From Clostridia bacterium (GTDB taxonomy: Bacteria; Bacillota; Clostridia; Christensenellales; QALW01), in assembly GCA_045594045.1 (NCBI GenBank), contig JAZNXV010000004.1:1610-65609 (forward strand): a DNA stretch of 64,000 nucleotides. Reading direction: 5' to 3'. Position numbers and translations under genes: made by a program. This document shows positions 26,992 through 37,794 of this stretch, piece after piece; position 1 is the stretch's first letter, and every line of letters starts with the position of its first letter. The notes beneath the pieces are model-generated. The model made no database searches. It worked only from the letters and a program-made list of their open reading frames with translations, and had not been told where the DNA came from.

Positions 26992-28401
26992 TCAACTGAA
27001 CAAAGCGATTTTGCGCATTTTTGCTTCATCAATGCGGTCAATATACTCATAGATGCTTTTAAAATTAAAAGCTCTCTCAAGTCGGTCTTCTTCTCTAATT
27101 ATTCTCTTTGAAACACCGCCGCAGCCAAGAGCTAAAATATTGGTGGTTTCTTCCATAATATCTATGTTATAAACACCCGTATGTCCTTTTAATGCATAAC
27201 CGATATTTTCAAAATTACCCGTCATATATTTTTGGCGATACAAATAATAAGGCTCGTAAAAAGCTTCCATCAATACTTTTTGTGCGCCCTCTACCATTGC
27301 TTTAACGTCGTCACTGTTATCAGCGTAAAATCCGCGTTCGAACATTTTTGAACCGCGCTTTAAGGCAAGAGTATGCACCGTAATGTTTTCCGCCTTTAAA
27401 TCAAGCACCTGCTGTAAGGAATAAAAAAACATCTCTGGTGTTTCGTCGGGCAAGCCAGCAATCAAATCAGCATTTATGGTTTTAAAGCCAATATCTCTTG
27501 CAAGAGCAAAGCATTTAACAATTTCTTCAGGCGAATGACTCCTGCCAATCTTTTTAAGCGTCTCTTCATTCATACTTTGGGGGTTAATGCTTATGCGCTC
27601 TACCCCACATTTCTTCATAATTCTAAGTTTGCCCTCGGTTATTGTATCAGGTCTACCTGCTTCCACGGTAAACTCGATAGCGGGCTTAAAATGTTCGCTT
27701 GCGCATATAATCATTTCTTCAAAAAGAGACTCACTTAGTGCCGTTGGAGTGCCGCCGCCGATATAAACGCACCTGATGCGCTTGTTTAATTTTTTTACAA
27801 GCTGTGCCGTATCAAGAATTTCCCGTTTAAGTGCCTTAACGTACGGTATCATAAGGCTTTCGCCCTTAGTAGAATCGGTGGACGAAAACGAACAATACGT
27901 GCACCTTGTTTTACAAAACGGAATACCTATGTAAATATCAATTTCGTCTTTATCAGGAACGTAATACTTTTCTTGGTTAAGACAAATTCTCTCTAAAAGT
28001 TTACCCTTTTCTATTGGCAAATCATATTCGGAATTTAGAAATCCAACGTCGCCGCCCACGTCACGCAGAAGCTTTGTAGGTCGAATACCCGTAAGCGACC
28101 CCCAGGGCAAATTTATGCCCGTTGCTTTTTTCAGGGCATAATATACGGCAAGCTTTACCGTATGCTTGCAGATGCGTTTTTTAGCAATTTCGCCGTCCTT
28201 GGGTAATAGATTATCCTTTTCTCCCAAAGCACCCAAGTAAACCGCCTTTGCGCAAACACGCTGACCGTTTACTTCTTCTGTCACCGAAAGATCTGCATCT
28301 TCTTCATTTTCACAAAGCTCTACACAATCAATCTTTAAAAATGCCCTGATTGTTTCCGAAATATCATTATAAAATTCCTGAGCATTAGTAAATAGCTTCA
28401 T
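26992..28401 (-). CDS. hemZ: Radical SAM protein, HemN/HemZ-like (coproporphyrinogen dehydrogenase family)
   Basis: 469 aa with the radical SAM motif CKTRCTYCSF and HemN-like downstream regions. Confidence 0.6.
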   Translation of the reverse strand: MKLFTNAQEFYNDISETIRAFLKIDCVELCENEEDADLSVTEEVNGQRVCAKAVYLGALGEKDNLLPKDGEIAKKRICKHTVKLAVYYALKKATGINLPWGSLTGIRPTKLLRDVGGDVGFLNSEYDLPIEKGKLLERICLNQEKYYVPDKDEIDIYIGIPFCKTRCTYCSFSSTDSTKGESLMIPYVKALKREILDTAQLVKKLNKRIRCVYIGGGTPTALSESLFEEMIICASEHFKPAIEFTVEAGRPDTITEGKLRIMKKCGVERISINPQSMNEETLKKIGRSHSPEEIVKCFALARDIGFKTINADLIAGLPDETPEMFFYSLQQVLDLKAENITVHTLALKRGSKMFERGFYADNSDDVKAMVEGAQKVLMEAFYEPYYLYRQKYMTGNFENIGYALKGHTGVYNIDIMEETTNILALGCGGVSKRIIREEDRLERAFNFKSIYEYIDRIDEAKMRKIALFS

Positions 28402-28402
28402 T

Positions 28403-29014
28403 TTACCTCACAAAAGGATTAAATCTTTTTTCGTTAAAAATTGTTGTAGCCTCTCCGTGCCCCGCGAGCACCCTTACGTCATCATTAAGCACGAATAGCT
28501 TTTGCTTGATATTGTTTATAAGCGTTTGCCCGTCGCCACCCGGGAAATCGCTTCTGCCCACGCTTTGACAAAAAAGCGTATCGCCCGAAAACAGAATGTC
28601 ATTTACCAAATAGCACACGCTTCCTGCCGTATGACCGGGCGTTGCAATAACCTTAAGCTTCATTTTGTCAAGAACAAGCTCCTGTCCGTCCGATACAAGC
28701 ACATCGGCTCGGCAGGCTTCGGTATAAATTCCGAAATACGCACCCATTGACGCATAGTTATCACCAAGCATTTTTTCGTCCTCGGCTGAAACGTAAACCT
28801 TTGCGCCCAAATCCTGCAAGTTCTTTACTGCGCCAATATGATCAAAATGCCCGTGGGTCAGCAGTACCCAAGCAGGCGTCAGATTATTTTCCTTTAAAAC
28901 CTTTAAAATTACTTCAAAATCGTCGCCCGGGTCAATAACAGCGGCGTTTGCTCCTGTATAAATTATGTAACAGTTAACCGCCATATCCCCTACGGGCAGA
29001 GTAATTACATTCAT
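28403..29014 (-). CDS. MBL-fold metallo-hydrolase (glyoxalase II-like)
   Basis: 203 aa with LLTHGHFDHIG, TPGHTAGS and GHG. Confidence 0.85.
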   Translation of the reverse strand: MNVITLPVGDMAVNCYIIYTGANAAVIDPGDDFEVILKVLKENNLTPAWVLLTHGHFDHIGAVKNLQDLGAKVYVSAEDEKMLGDNYASMGAYFGIYTEACRADVLVSDGQELVLDKMKLKVIATPGHTAGSVCYLVNDILFSGDTLFCQSVGRSDFPGGDGQTLINNIKQKLFVLNDDVRVLAGHGEATTIFNEKRFNPFVR

Positions 29015-29074
29015 CTTAAAGCTCCTGTTTTTTATTGTAGCGTAATGCTGTAAGCAGATGCTTTTATTTTAACG

Positions 29075-29524
29075 TTAAAAGCTTTTATCACTTTCAAGCA
29101 ATATGGTTACGGGGCCGTCATTTATAAGTTCCACAGCCATATCCGCACCGAAAATTCCCGTTTCCACCTTTACGCCCTTTTCGCTTATCTTTTTGCAAAC
29201 AAGCTCGTAAAGCGGGCGAGAAATTTCACCCTTGGCAGCACGGATAAAGGACGGTCTTCTGCCGTGGCGCGCATCTCCGTAAAGAGTAAACTGCGAAACA
29301 GCTAAAACGCTTCCTCCCACGTCAAGCAGGGATAAATTCATTTTATCCTCGCTATCGGTAAAAATCCTGGCGTTTACGGTTTTTTCCGCAATATATTCGG
29401 CATCCTGCTCGGAATCCGTTTCCGTAACGCCTATAAGCAACAAAATGCCCTTATCAATTTCACCCGTGATTTCGCCGTTCACGCTGACAGATGCTCTTTT
29501 TACTCTTTGTATTACTCCGCGCAT
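29075..29524 (-). CDS. dtd: D-aminoacyl-tRNA deacylase
   Basis: 149 aa, MRGVIQRVKRASV.. ..SQFTLYGD.. ..NDGPVT. Confidence 0.95.
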   Translation of the reverse strand: MRGVIQRVKRASVSVNGEITGEIDKGILLLIGVTETDSEQDAEYIAEKTVNARIFTDSEDKMNLSLLDVGGSVLAVSQFTLYGDARHGRRPSFIRAAKGEISRPLYELVCKKISEKGVKVETGIFGADMAVELINDGPVTILLESDKSF

Positions 29525-29532
29525 AATAACCC

Positions 29533-31677
29533 CTAATTATTAAGTCTGTAAACCTCGAATACACCTTGAATTTTTTTGAAATCTCTTGTTATGGCTTCAA
29601 GCTGTTCCGCGCTTGTTATTCTCAAGCCGATGGTGATGGTGGCAGTACCCTCTTTTGTTGAAACGTTCAATGCGGCAATATCGGATTTATGCGAATAAAT
29701 GCAGTTTGAAATCTCCATAATTATGCCCGCTCTATCGTAAGTATGCATTTGAACGTTAGCAACGTAGTTTGTATCGGCTTCTAAATCCCAGCTAACCTGA
29801 ATTTCACGTTCATGTTCAAAGCCGCCTAAATTACGGCAGTCCTTACGGTGAACGGAAACGCCTCTTCCGCGGGTAATATAGCCCACGATTTCGTCACCCG
29901 GAACAGGTGCGCAACAGCGTGCAAAACGAACGAGCATATTGCTTTCGCCCTTTACGATAACACCGTTGTGTGAGCGCTCACGCTTCTTTTCTTCCTTGGG
30001 CTTTTGAGCAATCTCGGTAACCTGAACGCTCTTTTTATATTCTTCAACAAGCCGTGGAAGAATCTGATGCACTCTTAATCCGCCGTAGCCTACAGATGCG
30101 TACAAGTCCTCCATAGACTGTATTTTGTATTTCTTGAATATTGGGTTCAGCCATTCGGGCTTGGTAAGCGTTGAGATGGCGTAGCCTTGACGGCGTGCCT
30201 CCTTATCAAGCATATCCTTACCCTTTTCAATATTCTCTTCTCTGAGTTCCTTTTTAAACCATGCCTTGATTTTTGACTTTGCTTCGTTTGTATGAACGAT
30301 ATTAAGCCAATCGCGGCTGGGTCCGTGGCCCGCAGTAGCTGAAGCGGTTAAAATCTCAATAATATCGCCGTTTTTCAGCTTCGTATCTATATTAACGATT
30401 CTTCCGTTAATTTTTGCGCCTATACATCTGTGACCGATAGACGAATGCACCGCGTAAGCAAAATCAAGAGGCGTTGCGCCCATGGGCAATCCCTTAACGT
30501 CGCCCTTAGGTGTGAAAACAAAAACCTCGTCGTTAAAAAGTTCTGTTTTAACGGCATCTAAGAATTCGGCACTGTCCTTTTCCTCATGCTCAATATCCAT
30601 CATTCTGCGAAGCCAGCTGAGCTTCTCTTCGCCCGACGTCTTTTGCTGTTCAATACCTTCCTTATACTTCCAATGGGCCGCAATACCGTATTCAGCCGTA
30701 TTGTGCATTTCTTCGGTACGAATTTGAATTTCAAAGGGCTTTCCGTTTTTGCCTATAACGGTGGTATGCAGGGACTGATACATATTTGCCTTTGGCATAG
30801 CAACGTAATCCTTAAACCTGCCCGGCATAGGAATAAATTCGCTATGCATTATACCTAAAGCCTCGTAGCAATAGCGCACGTCCTTAACGATAATACGTAC
30901 AGCGCTTAAATCATAAATATTATCTAAATTATCACTGCCCTGCTGACGCATTTTTCTGTACACGCTGTAATAGTGTTTTGGGCGACCGTAAACCTTTGCG
31001 GGAATATGATTTTCTTCAAGTTTGCGGTTTATTATTTCGATAATTTCTTCTATTAAATTCTGTCTGTCCTCTCTACCTTGATTGATAGCCTGGGCTATAT
31101 AATTGTAAGCCTCGGGTTCAAGGTACTGTAAGCACAAATCCTCAAGCCGCCATTTAATTTGATAGATACCGAGCCTGTTGGCAAGAGGCGCATAAATATC
31201 AAGAGTTTCCTTGGCAATACGCTTTTGTTTTTGCTCTTCACAGCAACCGAGAGTCTGCATATTATGCAAGCGGTCAGCAAGCTTAACTAATATAACGCGA
31301 ATGTCGTGAGACATTGCAAGAAACATCTTTCTTAAGTTTTCAGCCTGTGCCTCTTCTTTTGAAGCAAACTGAATTTTATTAAGCTTGGTTACGCCCTTAA
31401 CAATTTCACTTACGCCACTGCCAAATCTTTCGGTTATTTCTTCTTGGGTAAATTGAGTATCCTCGATTACGTCGTGCAGCAAGGCGGCACAAACGGCATC
31501 ACAGTCCATATCCATATCAGCCAGAATAAGCGCGACGTTTTCGGGGTGCATTATATAAGGCTCGCCTGACTCTCTGAGCTGCCCCTGATGTGCTTCAAAC
31601 GCAAGTGTATGCGCCGCTTTAATTCGCGCCGCTTCTTCAGGAGAATATTTACTTGTTATCTCATCTATAATGCTCAT
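29533..31677 (-). CDS. relA: Bifunctional (p)ppGpp synthetase/hydrolase RelA/SpoT (Rel)
   Basis: 714 aa with an HD domain (HDVIEDT), a synthetase domain (RPKHYYSVYRKM, YQSLHTTV), and TGS and ACT-like C-terminal domains. Confidence 0.95.
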   Translation of the reverse strand: MSIIDEITSKYSPEEAARIKAAHTLAFEAHQGQLRESGEPYIMHPENVALILADMDMDCDAVCAALLHDVIEDTQFTQEEITERFGSGVSEIVKGVTKLNKIQFASKEEAQAENLRKMFLAMSHDIRVILVKLADRLHNMQTLGCCEEQKQKRIAKETLDIYAPLANRLGIYQIKWRLEDLCLQYLEPEAYNYIAQAINQGREDRQNLIEEIIEIINRKLEENHIPAKVYGRPKHYYSVYRKMRQQGSDNLDNIYDLSAVRIIVKDVRYCYEALGIMHSEFIPMPGRFKDYVAMPKANMYQSLHTTVIGKNGKPFEIQIRTEEMHNTAEYGIAAHWKYKEGIEQQKTSGEEKLSWLRRMMDIEHEEKDSAEFLDAVKTELFNDEVFVFTPKGDVKGLPMGATPLDFAYAVHSSIGHRCIGAKINGRIVNIDTKLKNGDIIEILTASATAGHGPSRDWLNIVHTNEAKSKIKAWFKKELREENIEKGKDMLDKEARRQGYAISTLTKPEWLNPIFKKYKIQSMEDLYASVGYGGLRVHQILPRLVEEYKKSVQVTEIAQKPKEEKKRERSHNGVIVKGESNMLVRFARCCAPVPGDEIVGYITRGRGVSVHRKDCRNLGGFEHEREIQVSWDLEADTNYVANVQMHTYDRAGIIMEISNCIYSHKSDIAALNVSTKEGTATITIGLRITSAEQLEAITRDFKKIQGVFEVYRLNN

Positions 31678-34103
31678 ACTTTATTCCTTGATAAACATCT
31701 TAATAAATTAACGTAATAACGGCTTTCTTCAAGTTTGTGCTTTGGTGCAGCCTTATTTACATTGACACTAAATCCTTCTTCAGAATTTATAATAATAAAT
31801 TCCAATTCGCCAAAGGTAGCTAACGCCGCGGCTAAAAGCGGCATAGATATCTGTTCCTTTTGAGATATTGCCTCTAAAAATACGTTTAAGCTCTCGTACA
31901 CGCCTTGGTTAAGGGTAATTGCTTTATAGGCTCTTCGCATATCCTCGGTTGAAAGAGCACGGTATTCTTCAAAAACAGAGTCAAAAAGCGATAAGCCTAC
32001 CTTTAAAGAATACAGCTCTGCCCAAGGCGCTCTTGACCCAATCTCATCTGCATATCCCGTATTCAGCATATCGAAAAATATTATTCTCTTAAAAGGCGCA
32101 AAGTCAATTTTTGAAATTTCAGCACCTATAACACAACTGTTATACCCACAGCTTTTGCTGATTGGCGTATTAAACGATATATCAAAGCGCGGCGCTTCTT
32201 CTTCAAGCATTTGAACTAATCCTGAAGCATATTCCGCGTGGTCGCAAAGAATAAGCGTACCCGAAATATCCTCATCGCACCACTCGGAAATCATATAAGC
32301 AAGCTCTTCGGACTCGTCAACCGCCACAACAGATGCTTCACCCGTTTTTTTAGTAATAAGCCTATAGAAAAACAATGCCGTAAGCAATTCCGCCTTATGC
32401 CGCGGTTTGATATTTTGAGTTTCCTTTACGTCACATATCCTTAAACTCACCGAGGTGTTACCCTGCCAGCAGTTAAGCTCGGGCTTAACGATAAACGAAG
32501 CCGTTTGACAATTAAAATAGTCACAATTATGCTTTGCATAGTTAAACGCCACAGCGCTTACTCTTACAGAAGCATCAGTTAAGTACATTTTTAAATGATT
32601 TTGTGCAGAACCAATCTTTTTTATTCCGCCCAAATTGCAGTTATCAACGCGCAGAGTAATCTCCGGGTTTTCTGCCCCGTAAGGCTCAAGCAATTCAAGC
32701 TCCAAGCAAAACTCGGGTGTAATTTCCTTAAGACTCGCCTTTGCATCGTACTCCTGCTGCGGATACAACAGACGCAAATCATAATTTTCTCTTAAATAAA
32801 AATCCAGCCGTGCCTGCAAGGCATCTATATTTTCTTCTTTGATTCCAATACCTGCCGCCATAGCGTGTCCGCCAAAGGAAAGCAAAATATCCTCGGTGCT
32901 TTTCAGCATTTCAAATAAATTAATGCCGTCAACGCTTCGTGCAGAGCCCTTTGCCTTACCTTCTTCGCTGATGGAAAGCATTATGCAAGGGCGGCGATAT
33001 TTTTCCGCGAGCCTTGCGGCACATATACCAACAACGCCCTCATGCCAGCCGCGTCCGCTTAAAACCAGCACCTTGAAATTCCGAACAGAGCCTTTTTCAG
33101 AAATTTGTGTTTCGGCTTCTTCCAAAATTTTTAATTCCGTTTCCTGCCTCAACTTATTAAGCTCATTTAGCCTTTGTGCCAACGCAGGCGCTGCTTCTTC
33201 GCCTGCAAGCAAAAGCTCCAACGCATCTGTGGCGCTTGCCATACGGCCGCTTGCGTTCAACCTTGGCGAGATTGTAAAACCTACGGTTTGTGCCGTAACC
33301 TTGCCCGTAGCCTTCGCTATTTCCAAAAGTGCCTTGTAGCAGGGGCGCGGATTAGTGTTTAATTTTTCAAGTCCCTTTTTTACAATACTTCTGTTTTCAT
33401 CAATTAAGGGAACAACGTCAGCAATAGTGGCAACGCAGGCGTAATCTACAAATTCCTCCGCTTCGTCAAATAAAAGCGCTTTAGAAATTTTATACGCGAT
33501 TCCCGCACCGCACAGATTAACGTTTTTGTAAGTATCCCCCGGCTGTCCCGGCTTTACGGTAACGCACCCGGGAATATCACCGTTTATATTATGGTGGTCA
33601 GTAACTATTATTTCCCTACCCATATCCATTTGTTTTTGAATAAGCTCTGCCGAAGCAATACCGCAATCCACGGTAATCACAAGGCTTGTCCCGCCTTGAT
33701 AAATCTTATTCAAAGCTTCTTCGTTTAAGCCGTAGCCCTCGGAATGCCTATCGGGAATATAATAATCAGCCTCAATATTCATTTTTCTGAATGTGCTTAT
33801 TAAAATAGCCGTTGCCGAAATGCCGTCAACATCATAATCGCCGTAAACGGTTATTTTACCCTTTGTGTCCCGCACTCTTTGAACTGCCGTAACGAGCTTA
33901 TCCATATTAAGCATAGAAAAAGCATCGTAATCGTCTTCACATTGGCTTTGCAGTATTTTTTTACATTCTGCTGCAGTAGTAAAACCTCTGTTATAAAGAA
34001 TTTGCGCAAAAAGACGAGAACAGTTAAGGGCGCCTGCAAGCTCGTCCACCACAGAAAAATCTATTTCGGATATTCTCTTTTTAGGTTTTAACGCAAGGGG
34101 CAT
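31674..34103 (-). CDS. recJ: Single-stranded-DNA-specific exonuclease RecJ (long form)
   Basis: 809 aa with DHH motifs YGDYDVDG, ITVDCG, IVTDHH and GGHAMAAG. Its stop overlaps the relA start by 4 nt. Confidence 0.9.
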   Translation of the reverse strand: MPLALKPKKRISEIDFSVVDELAGALNCSRLFAQILYNRGFTTAAECKKILQSQCEDDYDAFSMLNMDKLVTAVQRVRDTKGKITVYGDYDVDGISATAILISTFRKMNIEADYYIPDRHSEGYGLNEEALNKIYQGGTSLVITVDCGIASAELIQKQMDMGREIIVTDHHNINGDIPGCVTVKPGQPGDTYKNVNLCGAGIAYKISKALLFDEAEEFVDYACVATIADVVPLIDENRSIVKKGLEKLNTNPRPCYKALLEIAKATGKVTAQTVGFTISPRLNASGRMASATDALELLLAGEEAAPALAQRLNELNKLRQETELKILEEAETQISEKGSVRNFKVLVLSGRGWHEGVVGICAARLAEKYRRPCIMLSISEEGKAKGSARSVDGINLFEMLKSTEDILLSFGGHAMAAGIGIKEENIDALQARLDFYLRENYDLRLLYPQQEYDAKASLKEITPEFCLELELLEPYGAENPEITLRVDNCNLGGIKKIGSAQNHLKMYLTDASVRVSAVAFNYAKHNCDYFNCQTASFIVKPELNCWQGNTSVSLRICDVKETQNIKPRHKAELLTALFFYRLITKKTGEASVVAVDESEELAYMISEWCDEDISGTLILCDHAEYASGLVQMLEEEAPRFDISFNTPISKSCGYNSCVIGAEISKIDFAPFKRIIFFDMLNTGYADEIGSRAPWAELYSLKVGLSLFDSVFEEYRALSTEDMRRAYKAITLNQGVYESLNVFLEAISQKEQISMPLLAAALATFGELEFIIINSEEGFSVNVNKAAPKHKLEESRYYVNLLRCLSRNKV

Positions 34104-34122
34104 AAATCCTCCGAATACATAA

Positions 34123-34152
34123 AAATCCCTTCCGTTAGGCAGAAGGGATTTT
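34123..34152 (-). terminator. Hairpin downstream of secF (possible partial terminator)
   Basis: 10-bp stem aaatcccttc/gaagggattt. Only a short U stretch follows on the minus strand. Confidence 0.35.
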
Positions 34153-34191
34153 CGCGACGGAGCTGTTCGCCCCGACGAAACTCATAATAGT

Positions 34192-35049
34192 TTATTTTTC
34201 TTTGCCGAAGCAGCTAACAAGTGCAGGCATAACGAATACGCTTGCAAGCAAATTAACAGCAACACCTACAAGTACGGTAAGAGCAAAGTTCTTGAACATA
34301 ATTCCGCCTAAAATAAGCATAATTGCAAAAGCGATAACCGCCAAGGCGCAAACGCAAACGGAAAGCTTTGTGCTAGCCTTAATGCTTAAAGCAAGAGCAT
34401 CGGCAGTATTTTCTATTTTAGCTTCGTTATCCTTAAGCAAGTTAGCCATAATAAATGAAAGTATAAACGAAATTGTAGCAGTAAGCAAAAGTGCCGGAAC
34501 GGTGTAGAAGGTGAGCCTGATGCCCGTAATGGAAATAATACCTACAGTTGATGCAAGGGTAATAAATGCCATTAAAAGAACCATTAAGCCGCCACGCACC
34601 TCAAAGCGAATAAATGCATAAGCAACAATTACAACCAACACGATAAGTGCAGGCCAATATGAAAGCATTGTCTTAGTGTTAATAGTAGCAGAAGCCGCAT
34701 TAAGTGTTCCTGGGAACTTAAGCATATATTTATCGCTTAACAGTTCTTCCGCCTTGTCAAAGATTGCCTTGGCTTCTTCAGCGTCGGCAGCCTTGAAAGT
34801 AATTACAACGTCAGTAGCCTTGGTGATATCCTGGGCTTCGGTTGCACGTTGAACCATGAATTCACTTGCACCGGTTTGTGCAAAGATTGCTTCAACATCC
34901 TTAACCTCGTAGGGATCGTTAAGTGATGCGTTAATAACGTAAGACCAATCGGAATCAACACCGCGGGTAAAACCAAAGATAAACGATGCTGCGAGTAATA
35001 CAACTGCTACCAAGCAGGCAATAATGCTAATAAGCTTTGCGTTTTTCAT
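34192..35049 (-). CDS. secF: Protein translocase subunit SecF (divergent)
   Basis: ATG 35049 lies 1 nt after the secD stop. The protein has one TM, a periplasmic domain and a 5-TM RND-like bundle. Synteny with recJ-relA matches Bacillus. Canonical SecF motifs are only weakly conserved. Confidence 0.65.
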   Translation of the reverse strand: MKNAKLISIIACLVAVVLLAASFIFGFTRGVDSDWSYVINASLNDPYEVKDVEAIFAQTGASEFMVQRATEAQDITKATDVVITFKAADAEEAKAIFDKAEELLSDKYMLKFPGTLNAASATINTKTMLSYWPALIVLVVIVAYAFIRFEVRGGLMVLLMAFITLASTVGIISITGIRLTFYTVPALLLTATISFILSFIMANLLKDNEAKIENTADALALSIKASTKLSVCVCALAVIAFAIMLILGGIMFKNFALTVLVGVAVNLLASVFVMPALVSCFGKEK

Positions 35050-35050
35050 A

Positions 35051-36325
35051 TTACTCACCCCTCTTAAGACCAAGCTTGCTTGCTTTATCTGCACCTAAAT
35101 TGATAAAGAGCTTTAATATAAACTTGAAAACAAACGTTGTGCAAACGAAAGCTATCGGGCCGCCTGCGAGCATTGCAATACCGAAAGACTGTAAGCCGCT
35201 TCCGCAAATCCAAAGTCCGATACCTGCAACAAAAGGAATTGCCATAAGCTCGGCAAGCATCGGTAAAACCGACCTAATGCCGTTATCAACAGAGCCTAAA
35301 ATATCTCTTCCCTTAGCATACTGCTTTTCGATAGAGGAAACAACGATAAACTGTGCGGCAAATACAAATAACAAGGCTACTGCAAAGCCTGCTATTGCGC
35401 CCGCATCAACAATAAGCCATGTGAACGTGGCCGCGAAGAACTCCAACAAAACGATTGCTATAAATATCGCATAGCTTGCGGCAACACCCATAAAGCGATT
35501 TGAAACGATAAAGTACACAGCCGCCAAAGCAAATAACACAAGAACGCTTAAGCCCAATACGGTCAACACGTTTTCGCCTGCAGAAGCAGAAACTACCTTT
35601 TCTTCTTCAGTCAGTTCAGTAATGGCGCCGTCAATCTTACCGGAATCTACACAGAAGGCAAGAGTGAAAGCATCGTTATAGTTGCTGTACGAAAAGCTTA
35701 TACGCATAACACCGTTGGTAATGGTTTCAGTGCCTTTAAACTCGGCTTTTACTACAGTAGAGTCAAGCAAAACATCAAAGGTGTAGGCGCCTTGAGAGGT
35801 AATCTCCGTTAAGCGAGACTTAGCCGCATCTGTAAGGGTTAAATCTACGTAATAATTAGAGCCCGTAGCATCAGTACCTGCTATTTTAGCACTCTTGATA
35901 TCAGCATTTGAAAAAAGCACGGTACTTCCCTTCTTTATTTCAAGAACGCCGTTATTTTCAAAAATGCTCTCAAAGCCGGATTTGAGCTGAACCTCGGAAA
36001 CGGGGAGCTCAACTACGAATTTGTTGTTATCATATCTCTTAACAACACCCTTTTCATAGCCGATTGCTTCTACTCTCTTTTGTATAACCTCAACTGCATT
36101 TTTCGTTGCACCAAGCAAGTCGAAATCTGTCGAATCCTTAGGTGCTTCAATTGAATATACTAACGAATATTTTTCACCTAACTCAGAGCTTTTAATCATA
36201 GCTGAATCCCAACTTTTAAGCTTGTAAGTGAAAATTGGAAATGACGTGCCCACAAATGCCCACAATGCAAAGATGATTGTAAAGAGCACAAGGCAAATCA
36301 ACTTTATAAGACTTTTTGTCTTCAT
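35051..36325 (-). CDS. secD: Protein translocase subunit SecD (divergent)
   Basis: ATG 36325 follows an AGGAG RBS. The architecture is TM, large P1-like domain, then 5 TM. Context supports the call. Confidence 0.65.
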   Translation of the reverse strand: MKTKSLIKLICLVLFTIIFALWAFVGTSFPIFTYKLKSWDSAMIKSSELGEKYSLVYSIEAPKDSTDFDLLGATKNAVEVIQKRVEAIGYEKGVVKRYDNNKFVVELPVSEVQLKSGFESIFENNGVLEIKKGSTVLFSNADIKSAKIAGTDATGSNYYVDLTLTDAAKSRLTEITSQGAYTFDVLLDSTVVKAEFKGTETITNGVMRISFSYSNYNDAFTLAFCVDSGKIDGAITELTEEEKVVSASAGENVLTVLGLSVLVLFALAAVYFIVSNRFMGVAASYAIFIAIVLLEFFAATFTWLIVDAGAIAGFAVALLFVFAAQFIVVSSIEKQYAKGRDILGSVDNGIRSVLPMLAELMAIPFVAGIGLWICGSGLQSFGIAMLAGGPIAFVCTTFVFKFILKLFINLGADKASKLGLKRGE

Positions 36326-36484
36326 TGATATGCAACTCCTTCTAACTAATAACTTATAATGCATATAAAAACGCAGTATAAAAATCTTTATATATTATAT
36401 ATGAACTTTCAAAATTAGTCAACAGTTACATACCCAACAAAAGTAACATTTTACGTATTTTTCACCAAAGTCGGTTTATTACGT

Positions 36485-36859
36485 TCACTTTATCGTGTTG
36501 ACGAGTAATATGCCCGAAAAAGTGCCTATTGCAACGGTAAGAGCGCAATCATATACCGCGGTAATATCAAACGGTTCTCCGCTGCCCAGCAGAAACGATG
36601 AAAAATAGAGCAGTACCCAAAACAGTAACGAAACGGTTATACCCACAATCCAGCCTTTTTTGCGTATTTTTATGCAAGCAAACAGCACTCCCGCCGCCAC
36701 CGCTATAATTTTTATCGCAACCGCTATTATACTTACAAGAGTATTTTGCACCTGAACGTCCTTTGCAAAAAGCGCTAATACTGCCGCACCTACAACTGCA
36801 CACACAAGAGAAATCAACGCCCCTATAAAAACAAAACCTGCAAAGCGAAAACGCTTCAT
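36485..36859 (-). CDS. Small 4-TM membrane protein (TIGR04086/YrzE-like, tentative)
   Basis: About 124 aa and very hydrophobic. Its position upstream of secDF resembles yrzE-type genes. Confidence 0.45.
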   Translation of the reverse strand: MKRFRFAGFVFIGALISLVCAVVGAAVLALFAKDVQVQNTLVSIIAVAIKIIAVAAGVLFACIKIRKKGWIVGITVSLLFWVLLYFSSFLLGSGEPFDITAVYDCALTVAIGTFSGILLVNTIK

Positions 36860-36918
36860 AAAAAAATCACCTCTACACAAAAAATATGTGCTCGGTGATT
36901 TAATAATTACATTTAATT

Positions 36919-37620
36919 TTAATTTACCTTAATTTGTTTCTTTTTTTGCACGGCAAAAGCGCTGAGCTCCGCTTGTATAAGTTCCTGCCCCTTAATGCTT
37001 GGGTGTATCCCGTCCGAAGCAAACAAATCGCCCATCCTTCTTCGACTGATAAACGCCCCGCGTAAATCTATACAATCACATTTCATCTCATTAGCGACAC
37101 CTTCAATAGCACGGGAATATTGCTCCTGATACCGATAAATTGCCTGCACGTCGCCAAGCCATAGCAGAATATTTTCTCTATTCAGCCCCGTTCTGCAAAT
37201 CCACGAAAGGTATTTTTCTGCATCTACTGGAATCAGCGTTGTTAAAACCGGCACGCCCCCTGCATTTTTCAGTCGCTCTACCATTACCCTGTATTTTTTC
37301 TTAAAAAGTTCGAGAGGCGTGTTTGAGTAATGTTCCTCTTCGGGTCTTTCTGCAATCTCTGCCCAATTAAAATCACTATCGTTTCCACCGTATTCTACTA
37401 AAACGTAATCTCCCAAGTTGCCGTTTTTTATGTTTTTTTCTAAAATACCCTGTCCTTTATCTATCGTACAGCCAAAGCGCGAAAAATTTGTAACCTCCAC
37501 ACCTATTTCTCTTCCTAGCGCATCTAAATTGATTTTATCGTTTATGTAGTATTTTTTCGTTTCCTCATTAAGAGTAATCCCCTTTAGTATTGAATCTCCG
37601 TAAACCTGCAGTTTTTTCAA
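36919..37620 (-). CDS. SGNH/GDSL-family hydrolase
   Basis: 233 aa with block I VYGDSILKG, block III GGND and a C-terminal DGIHPS. Confidence 0.8.
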   Translation of the reverse strand: MKKLQVYGDSILKGITLNEETKKYYINDKINLDALGREIGVEVTNFSRFGCTIDKGQGILEKNIKNGNLGDYVLVEYGGNDSDFNWAEIAERPEEEHYSNTPLELFKKKYRVMVERLKNAGGVPVLTTLIPVDAEKYLSWICRTGLNRENILLWLGDVQAIYRYQEQYSRAIEGVANEMKCDCIDLRGAFISRRRMGDLFASDGIHPSIKGQELIQAELSAFAVQKKKQIKVN

Positions 37621-37794
37621 GTGGCCTCACTCCTTTCGGGTTTTAAATATCTTTTGATGTAGTTTTCAATACTATATTACACATTTTAGAACAACTTGTC
37701 AACAGTTTTTTATTTGTCAGCAAAAGTTTCTTGCACTATTTTGTTTATTGTGATATACTACGTATGAAAAATATTTGTTTTACGGAGTAATATT

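Noticed and set aside
32839-33339. 166-aa plus-strand ORF. Similar antisense ORFs occur at 35037-35474, 18224-18583, 54350-54763, 58243-58632, 61650-62021 and elsewhere.
   Set aside because: All are embedded antisense in strongly supported genes (recJ, secD, radA, tex, trpS, the synthase). They have no RBS, and their biased composition is typical of shadow frames.
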